A stretch of 64,000 nucleotides of DNA from the human T2T-CHM13v2.0 reference genome, Homo sapiens. Position 1 is the first letter of the stretch, and the number at the start of each line of letters is the position of its first letter. This document shows positions 31,927 through 51,027 of the stretch, piece after piece. A program made the position numbers and the translations under genes. The stretch lies in assembly GCF_009914755.1 (NCBI RefSeq), contig NC_060936.1; one strand, 5' to 3'. The notes beneath the pieces are model-generated. The model made no database searches, was not told where the DNA came from, and saw only the letters and a list, made by a program, of their open reading frames with translations.

Positions 31927-32691
31927 CTGTGACGCAAAAAAAGAGAGGAATAAGAAATACTCGTTTAGAGGAAGAAACACTGAAATAACGAGAGAAAACA
32001 TTTCATAAAAGGCCCCTGAAAGTGTGCAAAGCCAAAGCTCAGACCCTTATAAGTGGCATTTGCAGAGGGCTGCACATTCACGGCCTGCAGCACAAGAAGT
32101 CTTGTCCAAGAGCCTCCTGGAAGTCCCAAAAGGTTCCAGTGTAACAGTTACCAGAGTCTCTCAAAAGTTCTGCCAAGACCTACACAGCCCAGGTGTGAAT
32201 GAGACATGAAAGCCAGGCCACAGTGCACACAGCCCAGCAACGAGCCCAGGCTGTTGCACAAGAAAAGCTGAGGACTTGGCATCTGTTCTCTGTGCCCTTC
32301 AAACACACACGAGCTGTTGAGCTCCTTCTGTGGGCATCAAAGCAGAGTGTGGGGCTGAGCGGGCGCCTGCCAGGTGTGTCTGTGGCAAGCCTCAAGGCCC
32401 CACCATTGTGTGTGCTGTCAGCAAAGTGCTCGGCAGGAGGGCGAATGCGCATGTTAAACATATGTAAATCCTAGAAACCGAGGTAGCTTCCTAGACGTGG
32501 GAAGGCAAATGGCCAGAAGAGACAGGGACCAGAGAAAAGGCCCTGGTCTTGCTAAAGGGCGGCACCTTCAAGAAGCCCTCACCGAGAGCTGTGGGAACAA
32601 GAGCTGCCGGGAACAAGAGCTGCGGGAAGCGGCTCCTACGAATTGGTGGCAGGAGGCACAAAAACGAAATACCTATTTTTGGAATACGGAA

Positions 32692-32880
32692 AAAACAGAC
32701 AAACACCAATGGCATGCAGAGAACCAGCTGGCTGCACCAGTGAGGAAACATGGCTCCCGGCTCCCCAACCCGCAGCGGGTCAGGTAAAACAGATAAACAC
32801 CAATAGAATGCAGAGAACCAGCTGGCTGCACTAGGGAGAAAATGTGGCTCCCGGCTCCCCAGCCCGCAGCGAGTCGGTAC
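32692..32880. repeat. ~94-bp tandem duplication abutting the CHFR exon 14 donor
   Basis: AAAACAGA(C/T)AAACACCAAT...CCCGCAGCG(G/A)GTC(A)GGTA at 32692 and 32786. Confidence 0.88.
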
Positions 32881-32951
32881 CTTCAGGATGTCTGACTCGT
32901 AGCTGTTGTTGTTCAGCACGCCGTCCAGACACTTGTCACCCAGGTTGAGCT
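32881..32951 (-). CDS. CHFR: CHFR exon 14 (71 nt)
   Basis: (E)LNLGDKCLDGVLNNNSYESDILK; cggcag| and AAG|GTACCG. Confidence 0.95.
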
Positions 32952-33436
32952 CTGCCGAGATGAAGGGGCAATGTTACCTGTTTATAATGATGTCGCAGGA
33001 AAGCACTGTCTGCCCGACACTGAGGATAAACATATTTCTTTTCATTACAGATTCTAGAAAGAATAAGAAGTTCAATGATAAAACTCAATTTTAAACAGAG
33101 GACAAGCAGAAATGATTTCCATTCCACTCCCTCCTTAAAAAGATCAGCTCTCCGAGTCTCCCCAGCACCTGGTCTTGGTATCGTAACAGCAGAACCCCGC
33201 TGCAAGGATTCTGTCCTGGGAGTATCTCCCCTAATAATTCTGTTAAGGCTTGATTTTGAGCTAACACGAATTTGACACACCTCTGCAGTCCAGCCAGGAA
33301 TAGGTATCATTTGATGACCAACAGTGGCCTCATCCCTATAAACATCAGGCTATGGACCCCACCATCCCCTGCCCTCAAGTTCACCAAGAGAACATGCAAA
33401 GGTCAAAGCAACTGGGGCCTGAAGAGCCAGTATTAC

Positions 33437-33520
33437 CACAAAACGGGGCCAGGCAGCCGTAGCAGCCGGTCCGGGTGCAGCCCCAGTACAGGTGGCAGAA
33501 AGGCTGCAGGCAGACCGCAC
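33437..33520 (-). CDS. CHFR: CHFR exon 13 (84 nt), Cys-rich domain
   Basis: (C)AVCLQPFCHLYWGCTRTGCYGCLAPFC; ccacag| and |GTAATA. Confidence 0.95.
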
Positions 33521-33877
33521 CTGTGGAGAGAGGACACTCGTTACACGCACTCAGCGCTGAGGGCTGTCTCCAACACAATTCGTCAGCACCAGGCTCAGGA
33601 GCTCAACTCTTTCTGGAAACATTGTTCAGGAGGGGTCTCATGGAAATCGGGGCGGGGCCACATCCAGCTAACGCCACCCAGGTTGTGATGGACTGTGATG
33701 GCGAGGAGTTGTATCCCTGAAAAAAGGCGAGGCTCACATTTTCTGGTTTGTTATTTTTTAGAGATGGAGTCTCGCTCTGTGGCCCAGGCTGGAGTACAGG
33801 GGAACAATCACAGCTCACTGCAACCTCCGCCTCCTGGGTTCAAGGGATCCACCCACCTCAGCCTCCTGAGTAGCTAG

Positions 33878-34250
<373 letters not shown>

Positions 34251-34321
34251 ACCACATGCTCATCCCAGGAAAACAGTGAGAGACACAAAAGAAAGAAATC
34301 TCACCTGCTCCACCACCCTAA

Positions 34322-34684
<363 letters not shown>

Positions 34685-34739
34685 TAGGTGGCCTTTTTCT
34701 ACCTAGGTATTTTTCCATGTTGTCACCTTGGCTTTGTAG

Positions 34740-34955
<216 letters not shown>

Positions 34956-35721
34956 TAGCCAGGATGGTCTTGATCTTCTAACCTCGTGATCCACCCACCT
35001 CAGCCTCCCAAAGGAAATTATTTTTAATTGTCTGATATTCTATACAATGGAAATCCCTAAAATATAATGTTAGGTAAACCCTCGCTAAAATTCTCACAGG
35101 ATTGAGTCCTTAAGTCTTATAACGCCTACGACCACTTCACCAATGCCTCTATATATGAAGCATGCTCTGTGAAATTAGAGTGAAGAGTTTGGATTCCTGG
35201 GGAAAAGCTGGGCCGAGCTGCCATCTGCTGACCACCGCGTGTGTGAGACATGGGACAAGCTGTTCTCTGTGGCTTCTCACCTGCCCTCCCACGTGCAGCA
35301 TCAGCAGTGGCCAGCGCCTGCCGTGGATGACCCCCGAGGCAGCGACCGCCCAGATCACCAGGTGTGTCCCACGGCCATGTGTCCCGACGCTGCAGGCTAG
35401 GCCCCACCCCTGCCAAGCCCAGTCTCAGGGTACAGACCCCAGCAGTAACCTGTTTGGTTTCCTGAGTGCCCAGAACATTTTTAAGCCATTCCAGACAGAA
35501 CCAGTGCTGTGGTCCTGTGTGCTGCTCACACAGGGCTCAGTGCACAGAGCAACACTGGTGTGTGCGGCAGGAGCCAACCGCGGTGCTCAACAGGGCTAGG
35601 GCTTTCTTCACCTAACACTTTCACATATAAGAAGCTCTGACAAATTAGGAAGTCATAAAAAAAAGGCAAAGGACATAGACAGACATTTCTGCAGGAATAC
35701 ATTAAAACAGCCATGAAATAA

Positions 35722-36120
<399 letters not shown>

Positions 36121-36416
36121 TAAGAGGTTTAACAGTGACACATTATAAAGCAACCACAGTGCTGGCAGGGGATAGACACAGATCCAAGCCGAGCCCCCGG
36201 TGGATGGAGATGTAGCCTGTGAAGGGGCAATGTTACTAGATGGTGGGAAAAGATAGATTATTCAATATGGTGACGTGGGGAAAACTGATCACACTGATGG
36301 AAAAAAAGAAACGGCATCCTTACTTCACAGGTTACCCTAAGGCCAACACCGCTTTGAAACCTGACCCCTGAAGGACAGATAGGAACCCGCCTGCGTGCGG
36401 TGGCGCGGGCACTCAC

Positions 36417-36536
36417 ACTGCTGAGGGGCGACACGCGGGTCCTGCTCGCGCTCCGCTCTCCGGTCGGGCATGGGCTGGAAGCAGCAGGTGCACAGGGCGT
36501 GGCTTCCTTGCAGAGGGCACACGTAATCCTGGACTG
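36417..36536 (-). CDS. CHFR: CHFR exon 12 (120 nt); CAGCAG tandem acceptor
   Basis: (A)VQDYVCPLQGSHALCTCCFQPMPDRRAEREQDPRVAPQQ; ttcag|cag and |GTGAGT. Confidence 0.95.
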
Positions 36537-36750
36537 CTGAAGCACACGCACATTCAGCCGGAGCACGTGGGACCCAGGGCAGAAAGACAGCAGGTTAGAG
36601 AGGCCGCCGGGAAGCACAGCGAGGAGAGGTGCACCTGAGACAGCCGGGGAAGAAGCAGACCTGCCCTGCTAAACCACCAGGGACCTTCTGCCACCCAAAC
36701 TCGGGGAGTCAAAACAGATTAACAATAACCAAAAATGATCTTTGATTTAG

Positions 36751-37141
<391 letters not shown>

Positions 37142-38230
37142 CTATGATATAGAATAAAACAAGCTGTGTGTTCAATTTCCGCTCAGGTGAGAGAACAGCC
37201 ATCTCTCAAATAAACAAAGGACAGCCACGGTGCACAAGACCAATCGATGTGGCAGCAGGAAGTCTGAGCCCACACAGCCAAGTTCCCTGGACACTCGCCA
37301 CCCACACAGGAAAGACCCTGCGAGGTCAACATGCCGGCCATAAGGACGGCAATTTCACCACCCAGGTTCACTGAGCACCCACTGAGGGACCCAGGACCCC
37401 AGAGGGAGGCGCTGGTCCCACCATGCAAAGGAAGGAGCTTGTCCAGTGACCCAGACAGAGCTGCTGAGTGGCGGAAGCAAACCCAGGCTGGCGGATGGGC
37501 ATCCATACCAACGCCAAGCACTGCTTTGTCCGTTCCGTCCACGGGTTCTACAAGAAGCCACTGAGAATGCAGCACAAGGATGTGGCTCTACATCCATCCC
37601 AGGCCAGTGGCCTCGTGATGTGCTCAGCCCCCACCCGTGGCCAGGAAGCCAGGACCCCTGAGGGCATCTTCCCATTCTATGAGTCTGGAGTGAGCAGGGC
37701 AGAGAAGTGAAGCCTCCATACCCCCTGCCCAGCTCTCCTCTGACTTCCTGGATAGCACCTGGAGCCCCTTGCTGGAAAAAGGCACCTGACGGGGAAACAT
37801 TTCGCATTAAGCCAACTCTGGTGACGCAGGGCAGCTTCTGGTGACATCGCCACTGCTGGGGAGAAGCCCGCCTCTTACTTGAGGGACAGATATGCGATCA
37901 TCACTTTGGGTCTGGCAAACCCACTGGGGGACATCAGCTGCCCTGAGGCAGTGGCTGGGGAGAGGCCAAGTATTAAGGTCAGGGTTGTTAATTCCCAGGA
38001 GTGTTCAGGAGGGGCTACGAATGAACAGTTACTTATCTGATTTCCCAACCCAAAATCAGTCACGAAAAGCAACCAACTGTGAGTGCAGGGAGACCAATGA
38101 GGCCAGGGCCCAAAGGGGGCGAGCAGTGCAGACAGGAGGCGGGCAGAGCGCGGCCACGTGCACGTCAGCACCGGGCACAGCCACAAAGTGACTCACGCGA
38201 AGGCTGAGGCCTGAGGGCGGCGCGGCTCAC

Positions 38231-38373
38231 CTGTCGTCAGGCTGACGGACGTGGAGGGTGCATCCCCCAGGGCCTGTGGGGCTCCTGGCTCGCCCTCGGG
38301 TGCTGGGCAGTGGGGAGGCTGCGCCGCCTGCCTTCTGTACTCAGGACACTGCCGGCACACGACGTATGGCTGG
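38231..38373 (-). CDS. CHFR: CHFR exon 11 (143 nt)
   Basis: (S)QPYVVCRQCPEYRRQAAQPPHCPAPEGEPGAPQALGDAPSTSVSLTT; ttgcag| and |GTGAGC. Confidence 0.95.
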
Positions 38374-39339
38374 CTGCAAGGAAGCACAGGGCCGAGCTGT
38401 GTGCAGGCCCCAAGCCTCTCAGGTAGGGCCGGTGCAACGCGGGTCCGCAGCCATCACAGCTCAGCTCCACCGTCGCTCAGCTGCTTGGTGTGAGGGGAAG
38501 GGCCGGGCCCCATTCCTGTCCAGCACCCCAGTGTTAGAGAGGGACCAGAACGAGTCGAAGGGCAAGGACACGCCACTCTGCATCCCCAGCTCAGCCCCCA
38601 CGCTTTGGAGCCCCATCCCCAGGGTCACTACGTCCCCACTGACGTGTGCTCCCAGGAGACGACGCCAGAGCAGGGCAAGGGCCAGCACGTGCGCGCACGC
38701 CCCGTGCTCCTCAGGACCCGCCTACTCTCCCGTTAAAAGCAGAGCGCGGTAGGCAACGTACTGGGAGCCACACCAGGCGCCTGCAAAGCCCCGAATCACT
38801 TGTCTTTTCTACACTTCCCTTGTACTTCCAAAAACGAGCAGATAAAAATGTCAACTGTAAAAAAAGAACCTGTAGGAAAAAATACACGAGGCTCTCCTCT
38901 CCATTTGAAAGGCTTTTCTGCGCCTCACACCAAGGCCAGGGGCCAATAAGGCCAACAGGTAAGACCCAACCAGGTAAAAAACAAGGCACAGTGAAAAGAC
39001 ATTTTTTTCATAAGGAAAAAATGTAAATGAAAATGAGATTACCTACTTCTCCTTCTAAACTGGCAAAAAGAGGCCCTCATGCAGACCTTGTAGAGTGCAT
39101 TAGGTGCACCCTTTCCGATCGGTGTCTGGATAACAAACTTATCAAACGTCTATCAAGGTCCAATTCCCAGTCACACTCTGTGACTCGACTGCTTCACGTC
39201 TAAACATTGACGTCACTGCGCATGTGCACAAATACGGATGGAAGAAATGCACAGCAGCAACTGTTTCCCAATTCAAACGCTGGGGACATTACCGAGCTGT
39301 ACATGCAGCCGAATCCCAGCTTCATAAAAATATTTGTTT

Positions 39340-40484
<1,145 letters not shown>

Positions 40485-41266
40485 ATTTGTTAGTACATTA
40501 CATTTCATTTTGTTAACGATTATGACACACGTATGAATGGCTGGGTAGAGGCAGCAAAATCTTAATGCTAAAGTGGTTTTGGTTTCCTTCTTTTTGCTTA
40601 ACAGTCACATGCTAAACTTGGCAAAAGGAAATAAAGATAAAAGTTTCAAGTGTTTTTTTTTGTCGTTCATTGTCTTTTTAAATATCATGGCCTCGACCCA
40701 ACATTCAGACCCCGGTCTTGTGCATTAGGAAACCTCAACATGTCAGCAGATAAATAAGGTCTCTGAGGCTGGGATTGTCTTGGCCTGGTGATGGTGCCTC
40801 TTCTGTAATAACGTCCTGACAAATGATAAACATTGCAATTTATACTATAGGACTTTATAGTCGCTAGATCAACTACAAAGAATACATGTGCTCATGTGGG
40901 AAAAAATAACATGGAATGATGTCCCTCTGTCACAGCCAGAGATGCCACACCCATGACGAGTCGAAGCAAAGGGAAGGGTGTCAGCCGAGGGTGCAAATGT
41001 CTACAGCAGTCGCCTGCGGCTGACGCTCTGCTGGCTACCCCCTGGCTACCCCGCTAAGTGTTCACCCAGTCCCTGCCACGCCTCTCAGGGGAGGTGCTAA
41101 TACTATCCAATATCAGAAAACAAGCTCAAGCCATTTAAGAGCTTGGCTGCTCAGGGCAGAACTAGATCTCAGGACCCATGCTGTCCACCCAGTAGTGAGC
41201 TCTCAGTCACGGTTGTGATGCTCCTCTGGCTCACACACTCTGCTCTGAGCCAGGGGCATGATTTAC

Positions 41267-41429
41267 CTAATGTCTGAGGACTCACTGTCAACGTCTGACA
41301 GCTCCAGCAGGTCCTCTGAACTCCCTTCTTCATCAGAAAAAGACCGCCTGACTTTGGGCTGCAGCATGTCTTGAGTGATTTTATTCCTGGCATCCATACT
41401 TTGCACATCTTCTTCACTGCGACTCTTGT
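41267..41429 (-). CDS. CHFR: CHFR exon 10 (163 nt)
   Basis: (D)KSRSEEDVQSMDARNKITQDMLQPKVRRSFSDEEGSSEDLLELSDVDSESSDI; attctag| and AG|GTAAAT. Confidence 0.95.
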
Positions 41430-41542
41430 CTAGAATTGAAAGGACACAGTGCCATTCACCGGCAGTGAGACATGGCAGGCAGACACAGCTCACACTGCTG
41501 GGAGCTCGCGTGCGCAGTGCTGCGGAAGGAGGGGTCTGGGCG

Positions 41543-42180
41543 GACCGCCCTCACGTGCCCGGGTGCTGGTGGAGGGACTGCCCTCACGTGCCCAGGTGCT
41601 GGTGTGGATGCCCTCACGTGCCCGGGTGCTGGTGGAGGGACCGCCCTCACATGCCTGGGTGCTGGTGTGTGGATGCCCTCACTTGCCTGGGTGCTGGTGG
41701 AGGGACCGCCCTCACTTGTCTGGGTGCTGGTGGAGGGACCACCCTCGCTTGCCCAGGTGCTGGTGGAGGGACCACCCTCACGTGCCCGGGTGCTGGTGTG
41801 GATGCCCTCACGTGCCCGGGTGCTGGTGGAGGGACCACCCTCACGTGCCCGGGTGCTGGTGGAGGGACAGCCCTCACGTGCCCGGGTGCTGGTGGAGGGA
41901 CAGCCCTCATGTGCCCGGGTGCTGCTGGGTGGATGCCCTCACGTGCCCAGGTGGTGGTGGAGGGACCGCCCTCACGTGCCTGGGTGCTGGTGTGGATGCC
42001 CTCACGTGCCCGGGTGCTGGTGGAGGGACCACCCTCACGTGCCCGGGTGCTGGTGGAGGGACAGCCCTCACGTGCCCGGGTGCTGCTGGGTGGATGCCCT
42101 CACGTGCCTGGGTGGTGGTGGAGGGACCGCCCTCACGTGCCCGGGTGCTGGTGTGGATGCCCTCACTTGCCTGGATGCTG
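41543..42180. repeat. Minisatellite, 30-33-bp units x20, filling most of CHFR intron 9 and ending in the exon 9 donor
   Basis: CCCTCAC(G/T)TGCC(C/T)GGGTGCTGGTG... cores from ~41548 to ~42160. Confidence 0.95.
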
Positions 42181-42325
42181 GATGAGGTATGCTTCCACGA
42201 GGTTGTTGAGGATGTGGTTTTTACAGATCCGCTCCACGGGACAGCGGCAGGTAGGACACAGGGACGAGCGCTCCATCCAGCCCGAGTAGCAAGCCGCGCA
42301 GAACGTGTGCATGCAGGGCTGCAAA
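42171..42325 (-). CDS. CHFR: CHFR exon 9 (155 nt), C-terminal half of the RING finger; GC donor
   Basis: (S)LQPCMHTFCAACYSGWMERSSLCPTCRCPVERICKNHILNNLVEAYLIQHP; tttcag|; only CAG|GCAAGT keeps frame with exon 10. Confidence 0.93.
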
Positions 42326-42962
42326 CTGAAAGTGCAAGAGGAACAGTGTCCAGACAGTCCCACAGATGCAACCGCGACCCTCGACCAAGGTCCGCGGCAG
42401 CCCCACCACGGAAGGGCCTACAGGGGCCCAGCCATCGTTCAACCTAAAAACCCTTTAAGTCAGTCTTGGTTAATGAAAAGAAATCAGAGGCCACACGGCC
42501 TCTGTGTTTTCAGGAAAGACAGAGGCGAGTAGATTATGACTTCAGGAACACAAACAACAGAGACAGCAAGTGTTTCTGGCCCAGAAGTTGGAAGGTTGTC
42601 ACTCTTGAGTTCCCGCGGAAAAGCAAGGAGGCCCTTCCTCAGCGGCTCCTACGTTCATTCTATGCGAAATACACCTTCCCAGCTAAGGAGCATTTAAAAT
42701 GTGCAGAGTTCCTTTCATCTGTTTGCAGAGTTTACGGGGTCACACACGACCCACACACTCAAAACTTGTGGGGTCTACAGCCTCCGGCTCTGGGTTCCAG
42801 GTTTCCTCCTTGTTGGTGCCACGAGTAGAATGAAAGTGGTAGCCATGCGGGGTGGCTCACGTCTGTAATCCCAACACTTTGGGAGGCCAAGGTGGGCAGA
42901 TTACCTGAGTGCAGGAGTTCGAGACCAGCCTGGCTAATATGGTGAAACTCCCGTCTCTACTA

Positions 42963-43118
<156 letters not shown>

Positions 43119-43295
43119 CTAACTCCAAAAAACAAAAACAAAAACAAAAAACCACCCCGGGCTACATGGCGAAACCGTCTCTACAAAAAACACAAAAATC
43201 AGCAGGGTGGCTGGGAGTAGTGGCTCACGCCTATAATCCCAGCACTTTAGGAGGCAAACGTGGGCAGATCACCTGAAGTCAGGAGTTCAAGACTA

Positions 43296-43712
<417 letters not shown>

Positions 43713-43830
43713 TCAGCAGATGCCAGGCCAAACAGGACCTGCAGGCTTGTCTCATGCCCAGCCCTGCCCCATACGGGACGAAGAACCTGCAGTGCCATGT
43801 TCCGTGAGCCAAGGGTGAACACGGTCGCAC

Positions 43831-44293
<463 letters not shown>

Positions 44294-45467
44294 TAGTAGA
44301 GACAGGGTTTCACCGTGTTAGCCAGGATGGTCTCAATCTCCTGACCTCGTGATCCACCCGCCTCGGCCTCCCAAAGTACTAGGGTAACAGGTGTGAGCTA
44401 CCGCGCCCCACCCTCTTCTGGTGTTTTTATTTTTCTATAATGCTCAGATGTTGGTAATCAATTAATTTTTATTTTTAATTAAAGAAACTGTACACAATTT
44501 AAAAAGCCAAGTATTTAGAAGAAGCCAGGTGCAATGGCTCACAACTGTAATCCCAGCACTTTGGGAGGCTGAGGTGGGCAGATCGCTTGAGCCCAGGAGT
44601 TCAAGACCAGTCTGGGCAATATAATGAAACCCCATCTCTAAAAAAATGGGAAAAAAAATTAGCCAGCTATGGTAGCGTGCACCTGTGGTCTCAGCTACTC
44701 GGAAGGCTGAGGTGGGAGGACAGTCTGAGCCCAGGAGGTGGAGGCTGCAGTGAGCCAAGACTGCACCACGGCGCTCTGGCCTAGGTGACAAAGCAAGATC
44801 CTGTCTCTTAAAAAAATGTATACATAATATATTTAGAAGAAAACAAAGGCAGTCACCCTCCGTCTCAGCCGCTCCTCACCCAATTTCCCTCCTCGGAGGA
44901 AAACTATTTTCATGTCTTTGAGCTGTTTCTTCTGGTATTTACCTCTGTGTTTCTAAGTTATCATGGTACATTTGATTTATCAATTTTAGACATCATTCCT
45001 GACATCTATTAAGGTAGAGAAAAACTCTGTCCTGAGACACCCCTGCCAACATTACATTAACAGATTACATTAGTTCATGATACTGTATTTGTATTATTAT
45101 GCTTATGCAAGTATTCACTGCTGAGCCAAGTAGTTTACTAGATTAAGTTGTGTGACTTACACAATTTTTCATGTTTGCTAGAATTAAAATTTCCTCATTC
45201 CTGTGCTTATTTTTCCTGTGTAACTGTTGCTGACTCTTTCCACACCTTCCCCACACCGATCAACCCCACGTGTCAGATAACCTAATTTCTTTCCCTGGGG
45301 ACCCCTCCTAGAACCTTCCTGTCACAGTGCCCCAGTGGCTGGCTGCTCTCTGGACTGCTATACAGCAATGCTTCTACCATAACATTCCCAAATGTTTTCT
45401 AATAATCTTAACTTTGGCTTTCAAAGTGCAGACTTCTCCCTAAATCATCTTCAATGTGAAGATTTAA

Positions 45468-45828
<361 letters not shown>

Positions 45829-46229
45829 TAGAGATAAAGTCTTGCTCTGTCGCCCAGGCTGGTCTCGAACGCCTGACCTCAAGTGATTCTCCTGCCTTGG
45901 CCTCCCAGTGTTAGGATTACGGATATGAACTACTGCACCTGGCCAGGAAGGAGGATTTTGAGATTAATTCTGCAATTCAGAATGCACTATTTCCAGACCA
46001 AGAGAACAGCCTGTAGCAAATCACAGTTCTATCTGGATTATGCAAACCGCAAAAAAACAGGCCCAGGTTTTCTGAATGAAAATGCCGGAGGTGTTACAGG
46101 CATCAACCTGAGGCAGGGTCCACATGCCCCTGCAGGAAGCAATGCCCCACAGCACGGAGCATGGCAGCGGCCCCCGCATGCCCCAGGAGCACACGAGAGG
46201 ACTGAGGACACACACAACCAGACACTAAC

Positions 46230-46397
46230 CTCCTCTCATTTTCTTCTTCACGGGCTCCAAATCCTCCTGATCCTGGGGTTCCAACGACGAAAAGGACGCA
46301 GTCTTTCTGTCTGGGAGAGCTGAGGCAAAGCTGGAGACTTCATCACTTGCCACAGAGGGACCACTTCCTTTAGGGGAGATGCCACCACCCCCAGACC
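46230..46397 (-). CDS. CHFR: CHFR exon 7 (168 nt), includes the KKK basic NLS-like motif
   Basis: (G)SGGGGISPKGSGPSVASDEVSSFASALPDRKTASFSSLEPQDQEDLEPVKKKMRG; ctcacag| and G|GTTAGT. Confidence 0.95.
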
Positions 46398-46740
46398 CTG
46401 TGAGAGGAATCAAACAAGATAGGTGCTGATCCATCCAGCTCAGGAGAGAACCACGCCTGTAAGGTGTCACTGACTGGAGCCCAGTGCAGCTGGCAGCCTG
46501 AGATGTCGTAGTTTAGGAATGACAAGTGGCTTACGAGGAGTGTGTGCTCACTCAACTCACATCTTAACTCTATTTGTGCCTATCTCTACGTGGGGTGGAG
46601 CTGGGGGCAAGGAGCCCATTTGCAGAGAAACAAATGCGGAGATGTCTGTGACCAGGCTTAGCCCTCGAGCACCGAGTCTAACGCAGGGCAAACCCACATA
46701 CCCGTGGTCATATGATACACACTGTGTCATAAACTTGTTA

Positions 46741-47188
<448 letters not shown>

Positions 47189-47626
47189 CTACAAAAAATA
47201 CAAAAAAGAAAAAAAAATTAACTAGGCGTGACAGTACGAGCATATGGTCCCAGCTACTCAGGAGGCTGAGGTGAGTGGATCACTTGAGCCCAGGAGTTCG
47301 AGGCTACAGTGAGCCATGACCACATCACTCTCCCAACCTGCACAACAGAGCAAGACCTCATTTTTTTTTTTGAGACGGACTCTTGCTCTGTTGCCCAGGC
47401 TGGAGTGCAGTGGCTCACTGCAAGCTCCGCCTCCTGGGTTGACGCCATTCTCCTGCCTCAGCCTCCCAAGTAGCTGGGACTACAGGCACCCGCCACCATA
47501 CCCAGCTAATTTTTTTGTATTTTTAGTAGAGACAGGGTTTCACCGTGTTAGCCAGGATGGTCTCGATCTCCTGACCTCATGATCCACCTGCCTCACCCTC
47601 CCAAAGTGCTGGGATTAAAGGCGTGA

Positions 47627-47839
<213 letters not shown>

Positions 47840-48542
47840 TAGTAGAGACAGGGTTTCACCGTGTTAGCCAGGATGGTCTCGATCTCCTGACCTCGTGATC
47901 CACCCACCTCGGCCTCCCAAAGTGCTGGGATTACAGGCGTGAGCCACCGCACCCGGCCTGACCTCATTTCTTAAAAAAAAAAAAAAAATGCCAGGCGCGG
48001 TGGCTCATGCCTGTAATCCCAGAACTTCAGGAGGCCAAGGTGGGTGGATCATCTGAGGTCAGGAGTTCGAGACCAGCCTGACCAACACAGTGAAACCCCA
48101 TTTCTACTAAAAATACAAAATTGGCCGGGTGTGGTGGCACATGCCTGTAACCCAGCTACTTGGGAGGCTGAGGCAGGAGAACTGCTTGAACCCAGGAGGC
48201 GGAGTTGCAGCGAACGAAGTTCGCGCCATTGCACTCCAGCCTGGGCAGTAAGATCAAAATTCCGTCTCAAAAAAACAAAGTAAAACAAAACAAACAAACA
48301 AAAAAAAACAGAAGTCTGTGTAAAGCACAGATGCTCCAGTGGAGGGATGCATAGCTCCCAACGGGTGGAGATGGTGCTGCGTGTGAACTATTTTACAAGA
48401 GGTGTGATAACGGGAAGGATACAGCACAGTGACTTGTAGGGAGAGCGCTATCTCCACGAGCAAGAAGCCAGAGTCATAACGACAGGAATGACCTTGGCAG
48501 AAAAACAGGCAGACTTTCTAATCACCTCTATCTTTTTTTTGA

Positions 48543-48830
<288 letters not shown>

Positions 48831-48906
48831 TAAGGATTACAGGTGTGAATAACCTATATCTTACTAAAGACTTAGTTTATCATATTACAGCATAATACAT
48901 ATCTAG

Positions 48907-49531
<625 letters not shown>

Positions 49532-50055
49532 TAAGCCACCACACCCGGCCAGAAGAATTTTTTTTTTAATTACATAAGTAATATATAAATACACTGCCCT
49601 TTTTAAGTAGAACATTATCAAAAAATTATGCAAACCGTATTACCCAGACTACACACTGTGCTATGCACATTGGTGGATAGGAACAGGAAACAATTTTACT
49701 GGTGAAGTTTGTTTTCTTTACAGGCCAGAGCTATTTTGTGTTTGATTTCTGAAGAGGGTCTAGTAGCCACAAAATGCACATGGGACTTGGCCCTAGGGAC
49801 ATGGTATAGTTCATCTAGGCAGACAGTTCAAAATCTGCAGTCAATCCAAAATACTAGTAACCCTGCGTCCTGTCTGTGCTTGCTGCACTTGAAACGCTGT
49901 GGGCCACGCTGGAGCGGCCGGAACGCCACCTCTATTCCTCTGGGGCTGTCCCTGCACGGGGAGAGTCAGTGCATGCTGGATCTAGCTGTGAAGAGCCAGT
50001 GCACATCCCAGCTGTGCCCAAGGGTAGGTTTTAAGGAACCTGGAAGATACGATGA

Positions 50056-50738
<683 letters not shown>

Positions 50739-51027
50739 TGAGATGCTTTCATCTTGAAGTGTTATTTTCTTTCACTCATAAATTTAAGGTTATGATGTTA
50801 AAACAAAGGTAAATCAAAGAGGCTCTGAGAAGCTGGGGTTGTGTTTAGTCTACAGGAGACAGGCTAGTAGAAACTTGTCTGTCATGGGTTTGGTCTCCGC
50901 TGTTCCTCTTATCTCCAGAAATATCAGGTGGAAACTACATAGCACTCACTCTCCACAGTCTTGCCTGCAACTTAGTGTCCCCAATTAGCACCTGAGAAGT
51001 TCTCCCAGGTGAGTCCCGAAATCACAT

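Noticed and set aside
41375-42447. Long + strand ORFs of 237-332 aa (Cys/Trp/Gly repeats)
   Set aside because: Products of the stop-poor VNTR, antisense to CHFR, with no evidence of coding structure.
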